A stretch of DNA of 25,126 nt from Bugula neritina (Eukaryota > Animalia > Bryozoa). A program made the position numbers and the translations under genes. Below, in pieces: positions 13,374 to 23,782 of the stretch. The stretch lies in NCBI GenBank assembly GCA_964035545.1, contig CAXIUT010000007.1:1-25126 (forward strand), given 5' to 3'. Numbering within the stretch: the stretch's first letter is position 1; the number at the start of each line of letters is the position of its first letter. Under the pieces are notes generated by a model. The model saw nothing but the letters and a program-made list of their open reading frames with translations. It was not told the origin of the DNA and ran no database searches.

Positions 13374-15987
13374 AAAAATTTTTAAGTCAAAGTAACTCAG
13401 AACTTTGGTCCAATGGTTCTAAAAATAAATAACAATGGGAATAAATACCAGGTCAAAAAGGGGTCTATTCTCAATAGATAGTTTAGAATAAACCTAAACA
13501 AAACAAAGTTTTAAATAAAAATACCTCAAATATTTTTGGCTCAACCAAATACAACAATTCTAAATCGAATAATAAGAAATAACCTCCTAATGAATCAATC
13601 TTTGGCATTAAAAATTTATCAAATAATTCTTAATTTAGTGTAAAGATAGCTCCTTAGTTAAATAAATCTAAAAAAACAAGTGAAAAAATAGTCATTTGTG
13701 GTGAAAATGTACAAGTTTACAGTCAAGGTTAATAAGAGAAAGTAGCAAGTCCATCAGCTAGCTCCTAAATGAGAACACAAAAGAAGTCAAATCAGGAAAT
13801 AAGATTAGAACAATATTAGTAGAATAAAAGTAAAAATCCAACTCAAAAATCAACTTGTTCTCCTGTAATTCCTAAATATTTGTCATAATAGCTAAAAATA
13901 AATTGTAATAAAAGAATCAGTAGAAATAACTACAATCAAAATACTATATATAATCAGCCACCTAAATTTTAAATATCTAGTCCAACCTCAGCTTTTAAAC
14001 AGTAAATTAGAGGAACTGATCTTTCTAATCTTGTTTAACCTCAACAAAATATGTAAAATTAGATAAAACCTTCAAATTCATAAACATTTTTCAGTTTTAA
14101 ACCGATCGAACAACCTCCCATAGAACAATATTATCATCAACCACAAGAGTAACAGTACTATCCTCCATAACAAGAACAGCAATAGGACTATCAGCTGATA
14201 CAAGAACAACAATAGTATTATCAACCGATACAAGAACAATAGTAGTACTGTCAACCTAGGCAAGAACAATAGTAGTACTGTCAACCTATACAAGAACAAC
14301 AATACTAATAAATTTAAGTATAATAACTAAAATAAGAAAAATATACCAAAGAGATATGCGATAAGAATACAATCCTTAATACAGTTAAAATTAATAGATA
14401 GAATACGAATAAATGGATCAAGATGAATAATAATACTGTTCCATTATATAAACAGGCTATTCTTGGGATAACGATGGGATGATTGCATAGTATTCTGTTG
14501 CAATAGAGTCTGCTCGAATAAATAAATAAAATTAGAAATAAAAAGGATAAAATTCTCTAGAATAACAATAAGAAGAAGATTAACTTCAATAAATTAGTAA
14601 ATAAGAATTCTTGAAATCTAAACAAACTGGTCATAATTTATCCTAAATTAAATAATAGGAATAATAATAAAATTAAGAAACTAACTCAAATCAATAAAAG
14701 TAAAAATAAAATCAAGAATAGGATAAATTAATAAACAAATTATCAAAAATTTAAAAGAAATATCCTTAATAAGTAGTTTAATCATATTAAAAAGCAGCTT
14801 TGATTCAAATATAAAATCGAAATAAAAAAGATAACATAAAATCTACAAATAAAAAGTATTAAAATTTTATATAAAAATTGAAATGGCCATAACTATAACC
14901 CAACCAAACACATTTTAAAAGCCCAGTGCATCAATTATAATTTCCAACCCAATACTACGACCTCATGCATCCCAACCACCCCTACCTAGCTCCCAACTAC
15001 CACTAACTCCACTAAATAACAATTTCTATGCAAAATCATTTTCAAAATGACCAAATCATGCACCCATTCGATTTAATTAAAGAATTTCATAAAAAGCATT
15101 AGAATAGTGAGCTTTATGATCGTTATTCAATGAGAGTTATTCTCAAATTTTTTGTATATTGTGGACAAATATAAAAATGCTCAGATTTTATAAAAAGATA
15201 TCCATAGGAAATCTACTTAAAGTAGTATTACAGATCTGATCTAATAATGAATCCATACTGTTAGAATAAAACCTTTCACAATTTAATTTAATAGACATAT
15301 TTTAATCGAGTAAACTAGGATTATAAAAAATGGTAAAAATAGCTATAAAAATTAAATTAAAAAATATGCTTTCTTTATAACCTTTCCCTCAAATTATAAT
15401 TCAGCATTAATGTATAAATGACTCTTCCTTCTGAATTTCTTCTCACATAAGAAGAGAAGTAAGCTGCAAGTGGATTTATTTAATAAAAAATACCAATTTA
15501 CGATATTGATGGGGTCGATAACAGCAAAATAGGAGTTATTAATGCAAATGATTAGATGGTTTTGATTTAGGATACTTATAGATTCAGTGTTTAAGGAAAT
15601 TAAGATTCAGATCTATTTCCTTCTAGAACCAGTTAAGTAAATTGGAATATACATCTTTTAGTTACTTCATTAGGATATACGTAAAAGGATTATAAATATG
15701 AGCTATACTCTTTAGTGTTTATGAAAGTTATACTTTTTTGGAGAAATATCTAATAAAAATATAAATGTCTGAATCAAGAATAATAAGAAAAATTATAATA
15801 ATAATTTTACGATCGTTAAAAAAAATAATTATACTAGAGATTTTCAAAATGTAGAAGAGCTTCTTAAAAATAAAAGCCAATCTCAAACAATCTATAAAAA
15901 ATTTCAATGAAAAAACTACCAAAAATATTCCATTCAACAAGAACATCTTATTAAACATCATAAAGTACATAATCTAGTGAAAAATGA
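13374..15987 (+). CDS. Hypothetical protein with low-complexity N/S/Q- and Glu-rich N-terminal half; 5' end truncated at the telomeric tract, apparent frameshift near 14336-14341
   Basis: Frame 2 is open from the tract edge, with the first ATG only at ~13769, and hits TGA near 14480. Frame 1 is open with coding-like composition from ~14338 to the TGA at 15985-15987. No recognisable domain. Confidence 0.65.
14130..14305 (+). repeat. Coding tandem repeat, 30-nt unit x ~6 (QPIQEQEEYY/C-like decapeptide)
   Basis: caagaaca recurs at 14171, 14201, 14231, 14261 and 14291. Confidence 0.9.
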
Positions 15988-16040
15988 TTTATTTATATAT
16001 CTTTTAATTTAAATATTTATTATTATGATTTGTTTTATAA

Positions 16041-16685
16041 TCACTGTTCTAATAGATGTTTTTGATTTCTAAACTTTCCACAAGTAGATTGAAGAGGACA
16101 TAAACTTGGACTTTGTTCATTGCAATAGCTAGGCAACGCGAATATGCTATCTGGAAAGGGTAGTGTCTGGTTTTGGAAAGTAAATGTTCTAAAATCGATA
16201 AAATCTTGATTAATAGCAATTCTTCTTGGAATTTATTAATCAATAGTATTCCAGAAATCATAAGTGATTCCTTTAGATTGGAGCTACCAACTACTAAAAG
16301 TTTAACCAGAAATAGTAGTATTTCCTTTATACTCAGCATCTTTTAACCAATCTGAAGGCATTATTCCACATCCACGATCATATTCACAGCAAAGACAACA
16401 TGCCTGTTTCTGAGGGAATGTCAACCACATCTTACCCTTTGTTTTTATTTGTTGGCATGAAGTAATAACATCAGGCAAAACTGTTCCACAAAACTAGTCG
16501 TATCGACCGTTAGTTCTATCTACTCTTTGTTGGTTATTCAGAGGATCATAAAAGAAATTACCATTGATTTTGTAAGTTGTTGTATTGATATAATATGCTT
16601 AGTCGAAACTTATACTGTATGAGTAGTTGTAAATTGGTGGATCTACTGCTACAGCTAGCACTATCAGGAAAAGTAACAACTTCAT
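16041..16685 (-). CDS. Secreted Cys-rich protein, 214 aa, probably ependymin-related (EPDR-like)
   Basis: ATG 16685 to TGA 16041, intronless. Signal peptide MKLLLFLIVLAVAVD, then FFYDPLNNQQRVD, CCLCCEYDRGCG-x3-DWL and C-terminal DSIFALPSYC. The family call is by resemblance (YD..N.R.R and F..P..C pattern), not by search. Confidence 0.7.
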
Positions 16686-16828
16686 ATCTTGTCGATTATA
16701 AATACCTACTAATGTGACATAATGACGAGATAATAGAATCAATAAAATAAAATATATTTAGAGAATAATTAATATGATGTAGAAAAGATGTTATTTTGAT
16801 AAAGGATGGTAATAAAACAGAAAAGAAA

Positions 16829-18058
16829 TCATAATTGAAATGAATTCAACTAATTAATAAAACTTTTACTATGCCGATTAACTTTAAATATCTTACGAGG
16901 ACTTTCATCATCTGAATCGAAACAGTGATATTCATCTCCGTTTATTCTCCTCACATAAGATTGTTAGTCAAGCAAACCCATAACTGGACTTTTTAATCCT
17001 TAAAATTCCTACTAGTTATCATCAAGAAAAGGCAATGGTTCTATCTGTTGAGACAGATTTCCCAATATCCAGCTATCCCTCAAACAATCTATCGCTGAAA
17101 GTCTTTCTTTGGGATTCTTTTTTAACATTTTACTCACCATTGTCTTCAATCCTGGAGAATATCGATCAAATGAATTCGGAAAAGTTAATTCTTCATTCAT
17201 AATGTTGGAGATTGTTTTGCTATGATATTATGACTAGTAAGGAGTTCTTCCAGTCACTATTTTATAAATAAAGACTCCTGCTGACCAGATATCTACTTTT
17301 TCATTGTACCCTCCGCCAGTGAACATCTCTGGTGCTCTGTAATAAAGAGTTCCTGTAATTGTAAGCATATCACTTCTAATCCCTCTTCTTCTATGTTTCT
17401 GGCATATTCCAAAGTCAATCAGTCCTAGTTTACCAGTTTTTGAATTATATAGAACATTTTAAGGTTTAATGTCCCTATGAGTTACTGAACGCCTATGTAA
17501 AAAATATAATGCTTCCATCAACTGCTTCACAATACTTTTTAATTCCTCTTCTCCTTTAATATGATACCTACAAAGACTCTCTCCTTATACTAGTTCCATA
17601 ACTAGCCAACATAGATGTTTCTTTAAATCCAAGTATAATGCCTCATATTTGACAACACTATGATGAGTCAATCCCTTGACCAACATAAAGTTATGTCGGA
17701 TTAGCATGACATGTTAATCATCAAACATAAAAGATTTAGCTGCATATTATTTACCATTCTTTTTTTTAATACAGCGATGAACAACTCCATCTGATCCCTA
17801 ACCAAGTTTACCCACACAATCATATTTTTCAGCAAATAGTTCAATATGTGAAAAGCTAGAAGGAAGTTCTCCTTCTTCTGTATCAATGATGAAAGTGTCA
17901 GTAGAATCAGATTAAGAAAGACTATCCATCTGTAAATTCAGTTTCTTTTGAACCATAATTTTATTTTTGCTAATCAGAGTAAAATCTTTCAAAGAATCAC
18001 GAATTTTATTGATTCGTTGATTACGATTGTTTTACTTACACTTTTAAATATTTTACAT
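16829..18058 (-). CDS. Ser/Thr protein kinase, CAMK-like, ~409 aa (start could be 18058, 17956 or 17929)
   Basis: LGE(TAG)GSDG, AAK, LVMELV, HRDIKPE(TAA)N, IDFG, GTLYYRAPE, DIWSAG and PKER. One frame to the TGA at 16829. Confidence 0.92.
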
Positions 18059-18221
18059 TTCAACTATTCTTATTTTTCTGATGTAAATTTATTATTAATT
18101 AAGATAATTATTCTACTTAAATGCTGGAGTTTATGATAAATCGATCTCCCACAAACCTAAACCATTTTTTCACTCTTAAATCAACAAAATAGCTCACCAT
18201 GATTGATTATAAATCTAATAA

Positions 18222-19899
18222 ATGGAATAAAGTTAAGACCCTCTCAACAGTCAACTTTATATCCTCTTCACTTTGCTCTTCCTGGCTTGCTATGTCCTAC
18301 TCTCAGCTTTCCTTGAACATAGACAATTCCCAGTCCATCGAAGTACTGTTGCTATTTTGATTGGCATCCTCGCAGGATTTATCCTCTACATGAGTTCTCC
18401 CTCTGCATATCGTTCAATCGTATTTTTACTTAAATTCAGATCAAACTTGACTAATTCATCATTTTCTCTATTCTCTTTCCTCCCATGATCTTTTGTCAAG
18501 GATACACTCTCCATAAAAGTGTCTTCTTCAAAAATTTGAAGTACATACTTACTTTCGGAATAATTGGCACTTTTCTCTCATTTACTGTGACATTCATACT
18601 TGTGTACCAGGCTAATAAACTATGTAACTCTTCTTTAACTCAGAATTGGTTCGGGATTTAAACGATGTAAATAATTTCAGATAACTCTCTTTTTGGGAAA
18701 TTTTACTACTTTCTGCTTGTCTCTGTAGCATAGATACTACTGCTTCTGAATAAACTATCTGTGAGATCAAATATCCTCGACTTTACTCTATTATATTTGG
18801 ATAAGACCTTCTAAAAGATACAATTACTATTGTCCTATTCGACACCATCCTTGGTCTAGAAGAGCCATCTAGTCCAGATAAACTTGTCCTTCAATGGTCT
18901 ACATTTTTACAAATGATACTCAATTTTTTAATTCAAATTTTAGGATCAATAGCAGCTGGACTAGTAAGTGCCTTTTTTGCAACATATCTATCAAAAAAGC
19001 TAAGATTTTTAACTTTAGATCAAGGAGTAAGTGAAACAGGTTTTGTCTTTCTTATAGGTTTTTTTACTTACATCTACAGTGAAATGCTTAATTTTTCAGG
19101 ATCAATTAGTCTACTTCTCTATGGAATAATTCTCAACCACTATAACATCTACAATATGAGTGAATAAAGTAGACATGCCTCAGTAACTACCTTTACTTTG
19201 ATTAGTAACATTTGCGAAGGAGCTCTCTTTCTAATAATGGGTGTACTGGTATGGCAGGGACAATGGGACTCTTCATCGAAAACATCCGATAAAATCTCTC
19301 ATTCTTATATATTCTTTTTTGTTGTCTTACTCATTCTAATTTTTGCACGTTTTGTTAATATCTACCTCATAGGAGGGCTATCTCGACTTATAACCAAAGG
19401 AAAGTTTTCAATTTGTAATTAAGAAATGCATATGCTCTTTCTAGGCGGCTTAATTAGAGGAGCAGTACCATTTGTATTGTTTTCATCAGTATCTTTTAAC
19501 TCTAACAAATATCTTAGAAATGAAGGTCTTGTCCTTAAGACAACAATTATTTTCGTTATTATATTTACTTCAGTTGTTCTAAATAGTATATTTCCCATAT
19601 TCTATAAAAGAAGAGTAAAAAAACTACGAGAACAGTATAGAAAGTTATTTGGTCCTCCAGCTCTTAGATTACAAAAGAAATCTAAATAGCCAAACAAACT
19701 CAAACAGTTTTAATAGAAATACATAAAAAAATTTTTAATTTTGAACTACTAATAGAGAAAGTAAAGCATAAATGAATAAAAAATAAAGAAATGGGAGTCT
19801 ATTTTAATAGATGCTCTTTAGTAGTAAAACTAAATATAAACCTAAACCTCTGTAAATATTTTAGACGATTAAGATAAAAATTAAAACCTAATAAATTGA
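18222..19899 (+). CDS. Na+/H+ exchanger (CPA1/NHE family), 545 aa, 2 introns (18420-18439, 18624-18643)
   Basis: Many transmembrane segments. Motifs LFPPMIFCQGY, FFKNL, FGIIGT, LYSIIFGE(TAA)DLLKD, SGSISLLLYGI, HYNIYNMS and GGLIRGAV. TGA at 19897-19899. Confidence 0.9.
18420..18439 (+). other. 20-nt spliceosomal intron
   Basis: gtatttttacttaaattcag; restores the NHE frame. Confidence 0.85.
18624..18643 (+). other. 20-nt spliceosomal intron
   Basis: gtaactcttctttaactcag; splicing creates a T|AA (Glu) codon. Confidence 0.85.
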
Positions 19900-19940
19900 T
19901 ATTCTTATTCTAAATAATTCAATAGATATAACAATAACTA

Positions 19941-21672
19941 TCAATTCCACTAATAAGCTCTCTATCCGTAAGGAATCTGGTTGAATCTCAATCTCTCAAT
20001 CTGATCCTGAGATGGATAAATTCTATATTCATTGGATTCAAATGGTCTCAATGTTTCTCTTCTCCGTTCTCGATCAATTCCTGTATCGTATCTTGCTTCC
20101 AACTCATAGTTCAGTTCCCTTAATCTCTAAGTACTGGCAGAAGTATCATAATACCTGTCCTGATAATAATCCTTTAGTTATTTTCGAACTATCTACTCAT
20201 TCCAGCAATACTTTGATTTTTAAATAACAAGGTCAATATATATTTATAGTTTATTATTTGATGATCCTTGACAATTTGAAATTCTTTTGAAAAGAGATTT
20301 GATATTCTCTTCTTCTCTCATAACTCTGTCATCTTTATAATTTTCATCTTAGAAGTTTGAAATATTTTTGACTCTTTCTTGTTCAAGATATCCTAGAAAT
20401 ATTCTTTAGAAGATAAGTTCATTTACTTTTTCTAGTGAAACACCCATTTCGAACATAGAAGTCAACCACGTATCAGAGATACCATATTGATTTAAAAATT
20501 ATCTTAAAATTGGTCCTGGGCACTAAGCCATAAGCAAATTTGAATTTTGCAAAATCATTCGCTCAGTCTATTGAGGAATCATTTATTGAGCAAGAACACT
20601 CAAACCTTGCTGATGACCCTGCTGAGAAAATATGCCTTGATTATTTTGATTTTGAATAAAATCGGAATTTTGATTTGAGAAGGTATTTTGATTTTGAGAA
20701 AATACATTTTGAGGTTGCTGTTGAGAGTTAAATGACTGCTGAGCAAAAGGGTTGGTTGGTTGTTGAATAGAATTAGTTGATTGAACAAAAGGGTTGGTTG
20801 ATTGTTGAATAGAATTATTTGCTGATTGATTGAAGTTGTTCTAGTTTGATTGTTGTACATTTTGAAAAATCCCATTGTTCTGGATTGGTTGTTGTACATT
20901 TTGAAAAATCCCATTGTTCTGGATTGGTTGTTGTACATTTTGAAAAATCCCATTGTTCTGGATTGGTTGTTGTACATTTTGAGAAAGCAAATTAGAAAAT
21001 AAATTCTTATTTGTTCGATCTGATGCCTGGTTTTGTCCATTATTCATCATTCCTTGTGTTTCAGTTAAAGGCACTCTTTTAAATAGTTTAAAGAAAGGTT
21101 AGCTAGTTTATCCTTTTTTCACATTATTCGTGCTTATTCCTTTTCCATGATTTCTAGTACAACATCTTGCATCTGAGGCATATCCATTCTCCAGAACTAT
21201 ATATATATACATTTACATTGATTTAGAAGTCCATTTTTTTGTAGAATAGAAAAACATCTGATTTCATTAATTGACATCTGTGCATCATCATATTCTTTTG
21301 CATAAGCTATACAATAAACGTAGAATGAAATATTTTTTCCATCTTCAAGTTTTGTACATCTCAAAGGTTTATCTATCTTTTTATCTTCCCACACATATAA
21401 ACAAGATTGACTATTTTGCCCGACAGTATTCTCATTGGTCTTTGATAGCTGATTTGTCATGTTGTCATTACTAGAAGATCTATATAAAAGATAAAGTACT
21501 TATAGTTTGAGTATGAGTTTGAACTTGCTCCTATTGGACTAAAAGGATTATTGGAATGCTTTGAGTTCTTCGCTTGGCTAGCAGGCATATTATTAGAATT
21601 GTTAGAAATGAAAGGGTTGTTAATTCTGTTGGTGTTATTAGACTGATTGTTTATAGGAGTTTTGCTATACAT
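19941..21672 (-). CDS. Hypothetical N/Q-rich protein with four NPF motifs, 563 aa, 2 introns (21480-21499, 21197-21216)
   Basis: The two 20-nt introns join ORF-track pieces 21457..21762, 21197..21460 and 20841..21074 into one frame from ATG 21672 to TGA 19941. Confidence 0.8.
20850..20982 (-). repeat. Coding tandem repeat, 39-nt unit x ~3.4 (QQPIQNNGIFQNV)
   Basis: Identical copies of ttgttgtacattttgaaaaatcccattgttctggattgg on the + strand. Confidence 0.95.
21197..21216 (-). other. 20-nt spliceosomal intron
   Basis: gtaaatgtatatatatatag; joins two ORF pieces. Confidence 0.75.
21480..21499 (-). other. 20-nt spliceosomal intron
   Basis: gtactttatcttttatatag; joins two ORF pieces. Confidence 0.8.
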
Positions 21673-21983
21673 GTTGAAGGGAGACAGATGAATGAACCAA
21701 TATAAATTTTGAGATATATATATATAGAGATAGAAAGAAATACACAATTCTTTAAGTGCCATTCAAAATATTTAAATTTTAATGATTTTCGAGTTGAATT
21801 AATTTTAATTCGATACTTTTTAAGTTCAATCTTCTTTAAGATGTATTACAATAGTTTATAAAAAGTTAATATTATGATTTCTGATATAAAATGTATAAGA
21901 ATGAAATCTGATTAATTAAAACCAGAATTGAGTTATAAATTCCACAAGAACAAAATCATAAACATAAACATAAAACAACTCAA

Positions 21984-23300
21984 ATGCGCTAAATACTCAA
22001 TCTACACATCGGTCAAGGAGGAGTCCAAGTCGGCAATGCCTGCTGGGAACTCTTCTGCCTCTAACATGGAATCAGTCCTGATGGACAAATGCACTAACAA
22101 CCTGAAAATGATTCCTTTGGAACCTTCTTCTCATAAACAGGAGCAGGAAAGTTTGTACCCAGATCACTCTTTCTCGACCTTGAACCCACTGTCATTGACT
22201 AAGTTAGAACAGGTACTTACAGACAACTATACCATCCATCGCAAATGATCTCTGCCAAAGAAGATGCAGCCAATAACTTTGCAAGAGGGCACTATACTAT
22301 TGGAAAATAAATAATTGATCTAGCACTCGATAGAATCAGAAAAATGGCTGACAACTGTACAGGATTGCAAGGTTTTTTCATTTATAATTCACTAGGAGGA
22401 GGTACTGGTTCAGGTCTAGGATCACTATTAATGTAAAGATTGTCAGTTGATTATGGAAAGAAAACTAAAATTGGATTCAATATCTACCCTTCACCTCAAG
22501 TCTCAACTGCCTGTGTTTAACCCTATAACTCAGTCCTAGCTACTCATGGATTGTTGTAGCATGAAGATGTATCAGTAGTTTTGGATAACGAAGCAATCTA
22601 TGATATTTGTAGAAGAAATCTAGCTATAGAAAGACCTACATACACAAATCTAAATCGACTTATCGCACAAGTTATCTCCTCACTGACTGCTTCCTTAAGA
22701 TTTGATGGAGCTCTTAACACTGATATCTGCGAATTCCAAACAAATTTGGTACCCTATCCAAGAATTCACTTCACATTGGCTTCATATTCTCCCATAATTA
22801 ACCCAGAAAGAGCATACCATGAAAGAATGACTGTTCCTTAACTGACAAATCAGTGTTTTGAGCCTGCAAACCAAATGGCCAAATGTGATCCAAGACATGG
22901 AAAATATATGGCTTGTAGTTTAATGTATAGAGGAGATATAGTTCCTAAAGACATTTGTAGTTCAATCTGTAACATAAAGACCAAAAGAACTATCAAGTTT
23001 GTTGACTGGTGTCCGACTGGATTCAAAGTAGGTATCAACTATCAACCTCCTACAGTAGTTCCTGGAGGAGATCTGGCTAAAGTAATGCGTGCCTGTTGCA
23101 TGATTAGCAACACTACTGCTATTGCTGAAGTATTTTCAAGAGTCAACCACAAGTTTGATTTGATGTATGCCAAAAGAGCCTTTGTACACTGGTATGTCGG
23201 TTAAGGTATGGAATAAGGCTAATTTTCAGAAGCAAGAGAAGATTTAGCAGCCCTTGAAAAAGATTATGATGAAGTTGGAGCAGAAACTGTTGACTAATGA
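21984..23300 (+). CDS. Divergent alpha-tubulin (alpha-like tubulin), 438 aa, intronless
   Basis: MRE(TAA)[78 protein letters not shown] and [30 protein letters not shown] at 23298-23300. Confidence 0.96.
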
Positions 23301-23536
23301 TATTTTTTATTATACTGTGTTAATACTATTTTTTCATATTGATAAAATATCAAATCTTCAGCTATGATTCAGATAAGCTTATTTACTAATTTCTTAGCTA
23401 AAATATCAATCTATTAATTCATTTATCTTAAAAATAAGTCATTTATTATTGATAAAAAGCTTTTTTCCTTTCACTGACCTCATACATTATTGATCAAATC
23501 ATCTTATCAACCTTCTTCTATCACTAAAAAAACATC

Positions 23537-23595
23537 TCTTCTCAATAGTTTCTTACTACATCTTCTCAATAGTTTCTTACTACATCTTCTCAATA
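23537..23595. repeat. 24-nt tandem repeat x ~2.5 in the tubulin-centrin spacer
   Basis: tcttctcaatagtttcttactaca at 23537 and 23561, partial copy at 23585. Confidence 0.9.
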
Positions 23596-23782
23596 AAACC
23601 TATTTTGACCTCAAACAACTACTTTTAGACTATTCATGCCAATAATTAAACTTCCTTTTAAAGTTAGATCCTAGCAAAAAATAATAAAATAATCAATTCT
23701 TCTTGATCCAATCTTGTTTATTTCAGTTAGATGTTCTTTTAAAGTATTAGAGAATATTTTTGCAATTAGATGATATGTTGGA

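Noticed and set aside
14318-14336. 19-nt GTA...AAG intron as the cause of the frame change
   Set aside because: Its removal leads to frame 3, which stops at a TGA about 30 codons later.
21928-22248. ORF-track 106-aa ORF and other shadow ORFs (e.g. 10712..11005, 14078..14302, 16049..16339, 20600..21040)
   Set aside because: They are off-frame or antisense to well-supported genes.
21984-23300. Standard ciliate code (TAR=Gln) or split meanings for TAA and TAG
   Set aside because: Both codons independently occupy strongly conserved Glu sites in several proteins, and the conserved Gln sites checked use CAR.
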